A stretch of 64,000 bases of DNA from Candidatus Poriferihabitans sp. (GTDB lineage: Bacteria > Pseudomonadota > Gammaproteobacteria > Arenicellales > Poriferihabitantaceae), in assembly GCA_965220975.1 (NCBI GenBank), contig OZ244855.1:2384967-2448966 (forward strand). Reading direction: 5' to 3'. The position numbers were made by a program, and so were the translations under genes. Each line of letters begins with the position of its first letter. The stretch's first letter is position 1. The notes beneath the pieces were generated by a model. It made no database searches, had not been told where the DNA came from, and was given only the letters and a program-made list of their open reading frames with translations. This document shows positions 45,858-53,973 of this stretch, piece after piece.

Positions 45858-46922
45858 CTAGAAGTCGTAGCGGATGCCAATGTGATGGACAACTTCGTCA
45901 TCGGCACCGGCTACATCTTTATCCGTGGAACCGCCTTCGTACCAGAGCTGCAACCCGCCGCCCATGTTGTGGTACAGTCCGGCCGCAATCTTGCTTGGTT
46001 CGGCGACCACATTTTCAGTTTCTTCCGTTGAGTAGCCAAGCCATCCCGAAGTGCTGTCCGAAAAGCTCATGCCGACATAGCCGGCAACATATTCCTTGTC
46101 GGGCTGAGCCACCCCGGCACTGTCTTCCGATTCATGAGAGCTCCAGCCCAGAGCACCCCAGAACTGGCCGAACGACAGATTGGCAGAGATGCCGGCCCGG
46201 CTGTGCTCATGACCACGCGTTGTTGTTTCGCCCTTCGTTTCACGGCGATTAGTGTCATCAAGAGGGGTATTATTGGTAAAATTGGGGTTTACCTCTTTAC
46301 GGACACTGGGTGAAGTGGTAGTTACAATATCGGTTTGATCATCCACATCAAAAGCGACTGCAAGCGTGACATTCTCGGTTGCGGCAACCCGGATGCCGAT
46401 GCCGCCACCATTGCCGGACAGTTTATCCCCTTCATCGCCCTCATCACCGAGACGCAGATCCGCCTCCAGGGCCAGGGGGCCAACCGAGTTGGAATACTTG
46501 ATGGTGTTGGGAGAGCGGTAGGGAGTACCGCCGATCGGGCCAATCGTCCAGGTCGGATCAATGTCCACGCCAACCGTGTTGTAGAAGGCGGTCCACTGGT
46601 TGCCCACGTCCACCCGTCCGAAGCCGCCGGAAATGCCCGCCGTTGCGATGCGGGTAGAAGTGATTCCGTCGGCACCGTCATCGGTATTGGTACCGAACTC
46701 GTACCGGCCATGAGCGGTCAGACCATTGCCCAGATCGGAACTCGCCTTGACCCCAAACCGAGATCCAACGCCCTGAATATCGGCCGTCGAATCATTCATG
46801 CCGCCCTTGTCTTCAAGGACAATTGCGTTGTTGATCCGACCGTAGACGGTCATGTCAGCCTGTGCCCCGACGGGCATCATCACCGCGGCAGACACTGCCG
46901 CAGCCACTAAGGATTTTTTCAT
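45858..46922 (-). CDS. porin paralog f, the only copy with RBS, ATG and a complete signal peptide (expression-site candidate)
   Basis: The RBS GAGGAAA lies 8 nt upstream of the ATG at 46920-46922. The signal peptide is MKKSLVAAAVSAAVMMPVGAQA, followed by DMTVYGRINNAI, and the C-terminus is GIRYDF. An AT-rich promoter-like region lies upstream. Confidence 0.88.
   Translation of the reverse strand: MKKSLVAAAVSAAVMMPVGAQADMTVYGRINNAIVLEDKGGMNDSTADIQGVGSRFGVKASSDLGNGLTAHGRYEFGTNTDDGADGITSTRIATAGISGGFGRVDVGNQWTAFYNTVGVDIDPTWTIGPIGGTPYRSPNTIKYSNSVGPLALEADLRLGDEGDEGDKLSGNGGGIGIRVAATENVTLAVAFDVDDQTDIVTTTSPSVRKEVNPNFTNNTPLDDTNRRETKGETTTRGHEHSRAGISANLSFGQFWGALGWSSHESEDSAGVAQPDKEYVAGYVGMSFSDSTSGWLGYSTEETENVVAEPSKIAAGLYHNMGGGLQLWYEGGSTDKDVAGADDEVVHHIGIRYDF
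46873..46899 (-). repeat. dyad core site f (inside the signal-peptide coding region of the complete porin)
   Basis: The reverse complement reads GGCAGTGTCTGCCGCGGTGATGATGCC. In this copy the dyad extends to GCGGCAG-TGT-CTGCCGC. Confidence 0.8.
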
Positions 46923-46978
46923 TAGATATTTCCTCAATTATTTATGTTATTTTGCTGGCCGAATTACCAGCGGAGCGA

Positions 46979-47009
46979 ATATTACCACGTGAACATTAAA
47001 ATTTTGTAA
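46979..47009 (-). promoter_or_regulatory. putative sigma70 promoter of porin f
   Basis: On the minus strand there is an extended -10 TGgTAATAT (46979-46987). A TTACAA -35-like hexamer lies 19 nt upstream (47004-47009). This is sequence inspection only. Confidence 0.3.
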
Positions 47010-47015
47010 TTATTT

Positions 47016-47084
47016 TGGTATTTGCTTAAATTATTTTTATTGGTATATTATTGGTATTATTATGGTATAAATTTGGTATAATTA
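47016..47084. promoter_or_regulatory. phased TGGTAT repeat array upstream of porin f
   Basis: TGGTAT starts at 47016, 47041, 47052, 47063 and 47074. The last four form exact 11-bp tandem units: TGGTATATTAT, TGGTATTATTA, TGGTATAAATT and TGGTATAATTA. Confidence 0.6.
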
Positions 47085-47349
47085 AACATTAAAAGGCCAT
47101 CAATAACTAACGAAAATACTAACAATGAAACCTGCTTCAATCATCACTTACTAGACCATAAGGGCTATGCATTCATCATTAATAACAAATTCTTCATTAT
47201 CCTGGTATGGTCTGGAACGCATACGTATATATAAATATTACTTACCAAAAGAACTTTTCCTCGATTTCTCATGCATCCCACATTCAACTATGAAGTGCAA
47301 CGCCCTGCCCAATTTGTTTGATTTTGACAAAATCTTCGGGAAAATACGA

Positions 47350-47788
47350 TGAGAAAAGTGGAATCGGCTCAGTTGGAAATTGGTGGTGTCTTCATTAAGG
47401 ACATCGAGATCAGTCCCAAGTCCCGAGATGACATACCGGCACTGCTGCTTGATCTGCAGCACCTGCAGTGACCCAAGAGTTGCGCCGACAAGTGGTCGCG
47501 TTGCTATAGTCAGAGTTCAGACCCGAAACACGCAAAAACACCAGTCATCCGAGCATGAACTTGTGGAGCATGCTGGTGCTTGCGGTGCTCAAGCAAGGAC
47601 TGGATTGCGGTTTTGACCGGCTTGCCCACATTGCGAATAATGACGGGCTGGTGCGTCAGATGATGGAACACGAAAATATGGATCACCAATATGAGTTGCA
47701 AACGGTGATCGACAATGTCAGTCTGCTGGGTCCGGAATTGCTTACCGAGATCAGCGCACTCGTAGCTCGACGGGCCACAAGGTACTAG
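47350..47788 (+). pseudogene. degraded transposase fragments (family uncertain, IS5/ISNCY-like)
   Basis: The first piece is MRKVESAQLEIGGVFIKDIEISPKSRDDIPALLLDLQHLQ*. A second piece in another frame reads LKQGLDCGFDRLAHIANNDGLVRQMM. Stops and frame changes separate the pieces. Confidence 0.35.
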
Positions 47789-48551
47789 AAAAAAAGCCTG
47801 GCAAGCCGTTGCGCGCTATTGACCACCCTGTGCAACCTGATTCAAAGTGCTCGGCAAAGCTGAGAATGGCAAATGAAAGCCTGTCTCAGGCTATGCTCCT
47901 CAAAATGCTTGTCCAAGCACTAAAATTATCAATAATGCACGCACAATACGTGGTGATTCGAAACTCTCATGCCGGATGTAGCTCTGGTTTTCGAGCACAC
48001 TCCAGACGGATTGCTGGAAAAACGAGGTTTTCTGGCATACACTACCCGAGAATTTGTCATTTAATTGTTGCGTCTTTGGATAGTACTCAACGGTATTTTA
48101 GATTAGCCATTTTTCTGGGGCGTCTATATCAGGTATACATTCCTTCAGTAATTCTCCGCTTTGTCCTGTAAAGGATCTCCAAAGGATCGCCCCTCTGGTT
48201 ACTCACCGACGAAAACATTTGGCGCATTGAGATCGCCCCTATGTGAGCATGCAACCTTCTAAAGGGCATTGCATTGCAAACTATTTCATTCCAATCAATA
48301 GCCAGGTTACATCCAGATTGGAGGAACAAGTATCAAATACGCGAGTATTGTAGCGAAATACACCATGGCTAGATGTGCATATAGTTTATAGTTTTTCCCA
48401 TTATATCTTCGTTCAACATGTTCCATGGAACATGAAACACAAAGCTCCAAAGGTCACGAGTATTAAAGATAATTCGTAATATATCGGTCATTTTCTACTC
48501 CGATTCAATTCGCCAGTTCATGCCCGAAGTACGGTGCCTTGGTCCACGTAT

Positions 48552-50405
48552 CTACATACCCCCACTCACAGATGAGATTCCTGCCAAAGAGGTATACTTG
48601 GGTACAATCGGCCCCTTTCCTTCAATAAGAGCTTGAATTTCATCAAGATCCTCCATAAATTCCTGCAAACCAACCTTAAGATAACGCCAGCAACTGAATT
48701 CTGTCTTGCTACGATGACTCTTGATCGCCTGTTTTGCTCGCGTCAGATGACTGAGGGCGAAATTATTGTTGCCAATTGCCCAATGAGCGATTGCCATACA
48801 CTGATCATAGTTGGGACCAGGATACTTATTGGGATCCGATTGATCAAGTTCCACAACATTGTCAAATAACTTTGCTTCCGCTTTTCCGTATACTCCCCAC
48901 TGAGCCATTGCAAAATTAAATGCCCGAACAATGTCCAGATCGTCTATGCCTTGCCCATCATCTCGAAACATGCTTGCGGCCTCTGCGCATCTTCCAAAAC
49001 CCATATACAGCATCCCCAACTTATGTCTGGCAGACTTACGCTGTGCTTCCGGCAAACTCTTAGTGGATAATACTTGCTCAAACAGGTCAATACCAAGTCG
49101 GATTTCATCATGGGAACGGTCGAACATGTCGGCCAGCCAGTGCTTTTCTTCGGAACTCAATGACAAAACTGCGGGCGATTGAATAGCAAGTTTCCTGTCT
49201 AGCATATTCAGGCGAATCAGTCGCGACAAGGCCTCTTTTACCATAGGTGGCGATACATTTTGACACTTCAGAACACGCCAAACATCTTCCACCACACCAT
49301 CAAGTTTGAGTCTCTCGCGGATTCTAGAACGCTTCAGAAAGGCATCCGGCTGTTTGAAACCTTTGGTAATTGCTTGATCGATTAATGACAAGGCTGATTC
49401 CAAATCAAGATGTGACTCTCTGAACTCTCCCAATCGAAATAACACTTCGCCATCATTTGCATGTCCCTCTTGAATCTTGTCGAGCATGAGGTGCTGATTT
49501 AGCATTAAGTCGTGGTCTATCGTCCTCCATGACCTGTCTGCTCGTCGTATATATTCCAGAGCACCATCCCGATCATTCCAGTTGCGCAAGGAGATTTCAC
49601 GAACAATTTTTGCATACTCGCTGGCTAAACGGCTCTTTGGCCGATCTTTAGAAAATACTACTTGATTCAATAGAGATAAACTGTCATATCGATGAACAAT
49701 CATCGGCTTCTGGCGAAAACCAAGTTGCTCTTGAAACTGCCTGATTTTATTTTCGAGTATCTGATCCTCATCGTCCAAATCAGGGACGTTTGACATAACA
49801 AAGTGAAGTTCTATATTCTTTTTCCTTACTCCCACTGCTTCCTCTCTGATGTCCCCAACTACATTGGCCAGGCCACGGAGGTTTTGTTCATTTGGAAAGA
49901 AAAAAGCAACGACCGCATCAGGAAGTTGCCGAGTGCAAATTCCACTCGTATCCGTGTGCCCGGTGCGGGAATCAATCAAGACATAATCCGGGTTGAAAGA
50001 TTTCTTCCACTGTTCCTTGAGATCTTCAAGCAAAAGAAAACCATCATGCTTTTCGTAAAGTTCGATCCAGTCAATTTGGCTGAAGCTGGCGGCATAACTT
50101 TCTTTTTTTCCAGATTGCATGATTTGCAGGCTGCCACCCTGATTTCCAATAGGTGGACACTCGGCAACAAAGTTGCTGACATCCGGAGATCGTCCTGTTT
50201 CCAGATACTGAGCAACGAAGTCAATTACGCCCAAAACCTCCTGGGAGGGCTTTAATGCATCAAATGTGTCGAGGCCCGGAGCCTCAAGATCAAAATCCAC
50301 AACCAATACATGGCGACCGTTCTTCGCTAATGTGATAGCTGCATTTGCCAATGCCATAGTACGGCCAACACCACCCTTGAATGAATAGAATGTAGTGATG
50401 TACAT
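48552..50405 (-). CDS. KGGVGR-motif ParA/MinD-like ATPase fused to a C-terminal TPR-like helical region
   Basis: The N-terminus reads FYSFKGGVGRTMALANAAITLAKNGRHVLVVDFDLEAPGL. The C-terminal 350 aa or so are helical-repeat-like. Confidence 0.7.
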   Translation of the reverse strand: MYITTFYSFKGGVGRTMALANAAITLAKNGRHVLVVDFDLEAPGLDTFDALKPSQEVLGVIDFVAQYLETGRSPDVSNFVAECPPIGNQGGSLQIMQSGKKESYAASFSQIDWIELYEKHDGFLLLEDLKEQWKKSFNPDYVLIDSRTGHTDTSGICTRQLPDAVVAFFFPNEQNLRGLANVVGDIREEAVGVRKKNIELHFVMSNVPDLDDEDQILENKIRQFQEQLGFRQKPMIVHRYDSLSLLNQVVFSKDRPKSRLASEYAKIVREISLRNWNDRDGALEYIRRADRSWRTIDHDLMLNQHLMLDKIQEGHANDGEVLFRLGEFRESHLDLESALSLIDQAITKGFKQPDAFLKRSRIRERLKLDGVVEDVWRVLKCQNVSPPMVKEALSRLIRLNMLDRKLAIQSPAVLSLSSEEKHWLADMFDRSHDEIRLGIDLFEQVLSTKSLPEAQRKSARHKLGMLYMGFGRCAEAASMFRDDGQGIDDLDIVRAFNFAMAQWGVYGKAEAKLFDNVVELDQSDPNKYPGPNYDQCMAIAHWAIGNNNFALSHLTRAKQAIKSHRSKTEFSCWRYLKVGLQEFMEDLDEIQALIEGKGPIVPKYTSLAGISSVSGGM

Positions 50406-50409
50406 ATCA

Positions 50410-50967
50410 TCATGCCACTTTGTACAATTGAAATTCCTGTTGTTTTTTTCGCATGTAGTCAGTTATCTCAATTGCACGGAATTTCCTTCTTGTAGAGTCC
50501 ATTGCTTGGGTGGTGACCGCCAACGAAAGAAATCTTTCAAGATGACTGTTATTAGCCGGGAACTGGAGGAGGCGCAGATACCGATCATATGCATGAGTCT
50601 GAATGCCCAATCCATTCTCCCAGCGATTTAGGGAAGCCTCTCCAATGCCTGTCAGTCGGGCAAATTGGGCCCGCGTCATGCCATATTGATTTCTGATGCG
50701 TTTAATTTCAATTGGAGGAAGCACCCCGAGATGCCGGCAAACCGCATCATGTTTTATTTGTTCCGATTCCTCATCAAGATATTCAAACTCGCAGGCATTG
50801 CATCGACGTACAGGGACATTCACCGATAGTTCCACCATGGATTCTCCAGATCCATAGTTGAAAACCAATGAATTCCATGCTGTTCTGGTTTCATCTGTGC
50901 CACACATTGGGCAAGCCCCTTCCTGTTTCACTGCCTGTGAACGAGGCCTGGTTCGTCTTGCGTTCAT
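50410..50967 (-). CDS. MqsA-like antitoxin (zinc-ribbon plus XRE HTH)
   Basis: The zinc ribbon is formed by CPMCG...CNACEF, followed by IKRIRNQYGMTRAQFARLTGIGEASLNRWENG. The gene lies 5 nt upstream of the ATPase gene. Confidence 0.65.
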   Translation of the reverse strand: MNARRTRPRSQAVKQEGACPMCGTDETRTAWNSLVFNYGSGESMVELSVNVPVRRCNACEFEYLDEESEQIKHDAVCRHLGVLPPIEIKRIRNQYGMTRAQFARLTGIGEASLNRWENGLGIQTHAYDRYLRLLQFPANNSHLERFLSLAVTTQAMDSTRRKFRAIEITDYMRKKQQEFQLYKVA

Positions 50968-50983
50968 TTTTCAGTCTTCCCAA

Positions 50984-51361
50984 CTAATAGTCAGAATAAT
51001 GAAAGCTGCGGCCGATAATCTTTCCAGATCCGAGTTGCAGCTTTATATAGAGTTTTGACATTCCCGGCTTTATGTCGACTTTCATCACGTACCCCTTAGC
51101 ACCAGTCGGCTTATGCAACTTCATGATTTCGACAGGGTGATCGCTCTCAAGCATGGTCGCGATGAATTCCCAAGCTGACGCATCCGTGAAAAAGCCATCA
51201 AGGCTACCATTTGGATTTCGCACCTGACCAGGACGCCAGTCGGTTGGGCGCTCTCCAGTGAATTCTGTTACACGCGCACTAGGTCTTCTCGCAAGGATAA
51301 CCAATTGCTTCCTGATAGACGTATCAAGACTCATACTCGTGAATTCCTTTTGTAATTGCAT
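50984..51361 (-). CDS. putative toxin partner (MqsR-like position)
   Basis: The 125-aa protein is encoded immediately upstream of the MqsA-like gene. Its C-terminus KLYIKLQLGSGKIIGRSFHYSDY is reminiscent of the MqsR C-terminus. Support is weak. Confidence 0.35.
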   Translation of the reverse strand: MQLQKEFTSMSLDTSIRKQLVILARRPSARVTEFTGERPTDWRPGQVRNPNGSLDGFFTDASAWEFIATMLESDHPVEIMKLHKPTGAKGYVMKVDIKPGMSKLYIKLQLGSGKIIGRSFHYSDY

Positions 51362-51569
51362 ATCATATGATCATCAATAAACAATTTCAATGGCCAAATA
51401 TTATTTAATTTGGGAATTATGTAGAAAATAAACAATCATATGATTTATTGCATGAGAGAAACAACTCTGCGGGATGTGGCTTGCTAACTGATTCGGATTT
51501 GCTGGAAAAGTGACTAAGGGCAACATTAAACAGAACTTCACGAGGCATGGTTTAATCGTTGTGGACATC

Positions 51570-51790
51570 GTGGAAAGTCACCGGCTCCGTCGTTGCCAAG
51601 AACCTTCGGAATCCTGACCGAGACCGGGCCGACCCCGGATGAGCCGCTCTGGATGACGACTACTACGCACTACCAGCCTGTGGTTCTGTTCGGTGCGATC
51701 GCCTTGGCATTGCTTCATGAACTCGTTCAGTTCAGCTTCCGTCGGAGCGAGCATCCGGTGATACCTGCCAAATATTTTGAGAATTCGGAA
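51570..51790 (-). pseudogene. IS256-like transposase remnant (internal N-terminal fragment)
   Basis: The fragment AELNEFMKQCQGDRTEQNHRLVVRSSRHPERLI aligns with AELGEFLKQYEDRRTEQNLRLVVRSGHHPERSI of the intact copies. The nucleotide similarity is visible but diverged. Confidence 0.7.
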
Positions 51791-51799
51791 GTGCAATTT

Positions 51800-52087
51800 G
51801 ATGATCACCGTATTCTGGCTTTAGCTCGGTATTCCGGTGTTCGAATATTGTTCACGAGTGACCGTGATCTTATACAGGATTTCACAAAGCCCAGGCTTAT
51901 CAACAAACCAAGAGGAAAAATTTATTCTGAACAGCGACCTGAAAATTTGATAGCTTGTTCCGGGAGCAAGGAAACCAAAGAACTCGAGATTCCAGACTCC
52001 ACGGATGATTGTCATGCCGAGCAGAGCAACTCCCCGCAGGTAGTCGACAAGCTGAATGCGCAGGGATTTCGCTGGATGCTGGATTGA
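51800..52087 (+). pseudogene. 3' fragment of a PIN-domain gene related to 23453-23908
   Basis: DDHRILALARYSGVRILFTSDRDLIQDF aligns with NDQHVLELAFASEVRVLCTADQDLKSDF. The N-terminal part is replaced by the IS remnant. Confidence 0.45.
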
Positions 52088-52322
52088 CGTACCAGACGCG
52101 TCGGCAGACCGGTGCCTGTGACGGCCCTGACTTTGGGGCTTCACGCGTTTCGACACGATCCCTTCATTACTGTCGAGATCACAGCAACCAAGCCCAAAAG
52201 TCTTGCATCGCTAGTATTGTGCCCTAGACTCCAATTCCTGAATTATCCGGTGATGAGGTTTGGTTTCATGGATATAATCAGAGTTGGTGCATTCAGTTTT
52301 TTCCTGTTCAATAAAAAAGCCG

Positions 52323-53246
52323 ATGACTTCGATTACAGACCGCCTTGCCACTGGAAAGTTATTACTGCTCGATGGAGGCGTCAGCACCGAAATCCAGAAA
52401 CGCGGCGTTGCGTTGGATGGTAATGTCTGGAGCGGGTTGACCACAAAGAACAACCCCGATGAAGTGCGAAGTGTCCACGAGGCATACATTCGAGCCGGAT
52501 CCGAAGTTATTACGGCCAACACATACTCAACCGCAAGGCATGTTCTGGAGAGCATCATGCTGGGACACGAAGCGAAGATGTTGAACTTCAAATCGGTATT
52601 GCTGGCCAAAGAGGCCCGTGATCGGGCGGCTAAAAACGAGGTCTGGATTGCCGGATCCATGTCGAGTATGCCGCCACTGACCCGCAACCACCAATCGGTA
52701 ATTGACAGACATGCTGAAGCAAGTTACTGCGAGCAGGCTGAAGTACTTGCCGAGGCCGGTGTCGACCTGATTATCTGCGAAATGATGCGCGATCTTGAGA
52801 ATGCGGAAATCGTGATCAAGGCAGCATTAGCTACCGGCACGCCGGTGTGGGTGGGCTACAGTGCGATCGTTGATCAAAGTGGCAAGGATGTGCGGGGCTT
52901 GAGCTGGTTGCATGATGGTAAATTGGATACGCGACACGACTTTACAAGCATGCTGGAGGCCCTGGTTCCCCTAGGCGGACAGGTTGCAGGCATCATGCAT
53001 ACCAATCTGGATGACATGAATCCGGCACTGGAGGTGCTTGGCCAACACTGGTCTGGCCCCAAAATGGCCTACGCAGAAACCGGTGAGTTGAGACCACCAG
53101 ACTGGATATTTGATGATGCAGTATCACCCTCAGCCTATCTTGAATCGGCACGAGGCTGGGTTGAGCAACATAATGTCCAGATCATTGGAGGTTGCTGTGG
53201 GACTGGACCCGAGCATATTTACCTCCTAAAGGAACATCTACTGTGA
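52323..53246 (+). CDS. homocysteine S-methyltransferase family protein
   Basis: The N-terminus reads LLLDGGVSTEIQKRG, followed by ITANTY, and the C-terminal zinc motif is GGCCGTGPEHI. I chose the start at MTSITDRL. Confidence 0.75.
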   Translation: MTSITDRLATGKLLLLDGGVSTEIQKRGVALDGNVWSGLTTKNNPDEVRSVHEAYIRAGSEVITANTYSTARHVLESIMLGHEAKMLNFKSVLLAKEARDRAAKNEVWIAGSMSSMPPLTRNHQSVIDRHAEASYCEQAEVLAEAGVDLIICEMMRDLENAEIVIKAALATGTPVWVGYSAIVDQSGKDVRGLSWLHDGKLDTRHDFTSMLEALVPLGGQVAGIMHTNLDDMNPALEVLGQHWSGPKMAYAETGELRPPDWIFDDAVSPSAYLESARGWVEQHNVQIIGGCCGTGPEHIYLLKEHLL

Positions 53247-53433
53247 TTACTGTGATATTTTTCGGTTGATGCCTTTGATTTTTTTGTCTGTTCACAACAC
53301 TTGATATCTTGCTAACAGAGATAAAGTTGCATCTTGATTCCATGATGCCGCATTCTGAACGTAGGACACGGTGCATTGAGAGTGCTGGCGCCGCGTTCAG
53401 ATTTCTGTATATCTTGTCGTGCTTCTTGGCAAG

Positions 53434-53970
53434 TCAATGCACTTTGTTTGTTATTTCCTTTAATCGCACGATCTCAGCATCGATTGCCCGCTCATAGGTC
53501 GCCGCACGTTCTTTTGAAAACATGTCGATGACCAATCCTGACAAACCGACAAGGACAAGAGTCACAGCAACGGCGCGCAAGGTCTCGTTCTCTGACAGTT
53601 TGAACATGACTATCGCTATTGCGAAGGCTATAGCGGCACCAATTAACGTATAGGCGTAAACAGTTTCAAACCTTTTCACTCGCGCCTTTTCCATATGTAC
53701 AAAACTGGACGGTGATTGTTCATAAGCAATTTCATACTTGGCAAGTTTACTTGACGTTCCAATAGAGCCAACAATTCCGGTTACAATGAAAATTATCGCA
53801 ACGACAGATAGAGGTATCGGCAATGCCTGTCCGACTGGAGTCGATGCCAACTTCCAAAACAGGCCGGCTATCACAAACAGTAAGATTCCAACCAGAGCAA
53901 CCAACGACACTTCAAGGACTTCTCCCTTAGACCAGATTACTGTATGGTCGAAAAAGCTCATGCTGTGCAC
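53434..53970 (-). CDS. membrane protein (about 4 TM), unknown function
   Basis: The 178-aa ORF has four clear hydrophobic segments. Confidence 0.5.
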   Translation of the reverse strand: MHSMSFFDHTVIWSKGEVLEVSLVALVGILLFVIAGLFWKLASTPVGQALPIPLSVVAIIFIVTGIVGSIGTSSKLAKYEIAYEQSPSSFVHMEKARVKRFETVYAYTLIGAAIAFAIAIVMFKLSENETLRAVAVTLVLVGLSGLVIDMFSKERAATYERAIDAEIVRLKEITNKVH

Positions 53971-53973
53971 CTG

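Noticed and set aside
14508-46937. I searched for a site-specific recombinase, a Slam (DUF560) or a TonB-dependent receptor within or beside the cassette locus.
   Set aside because: No ORF in the window shows tyrosine-recombinase (R..H..R..Y), serine-recombinase, DUF560 or TonB-box/plug features. The only transposases are the IS256-type ones. The switching hypothesis therefore lacks its enzyme in this window.
47041-47084. The tandem 11-bp repeats were considered as a CRISPR array or minisatellite.
   Set aside because: The units are contiguous with no spacers, are only 11 bp long and are AT-rich. Their position upstream of a promoter fits regulatory sites or a simple tandem repeat. No CRISPR array is present anywhere in the window.
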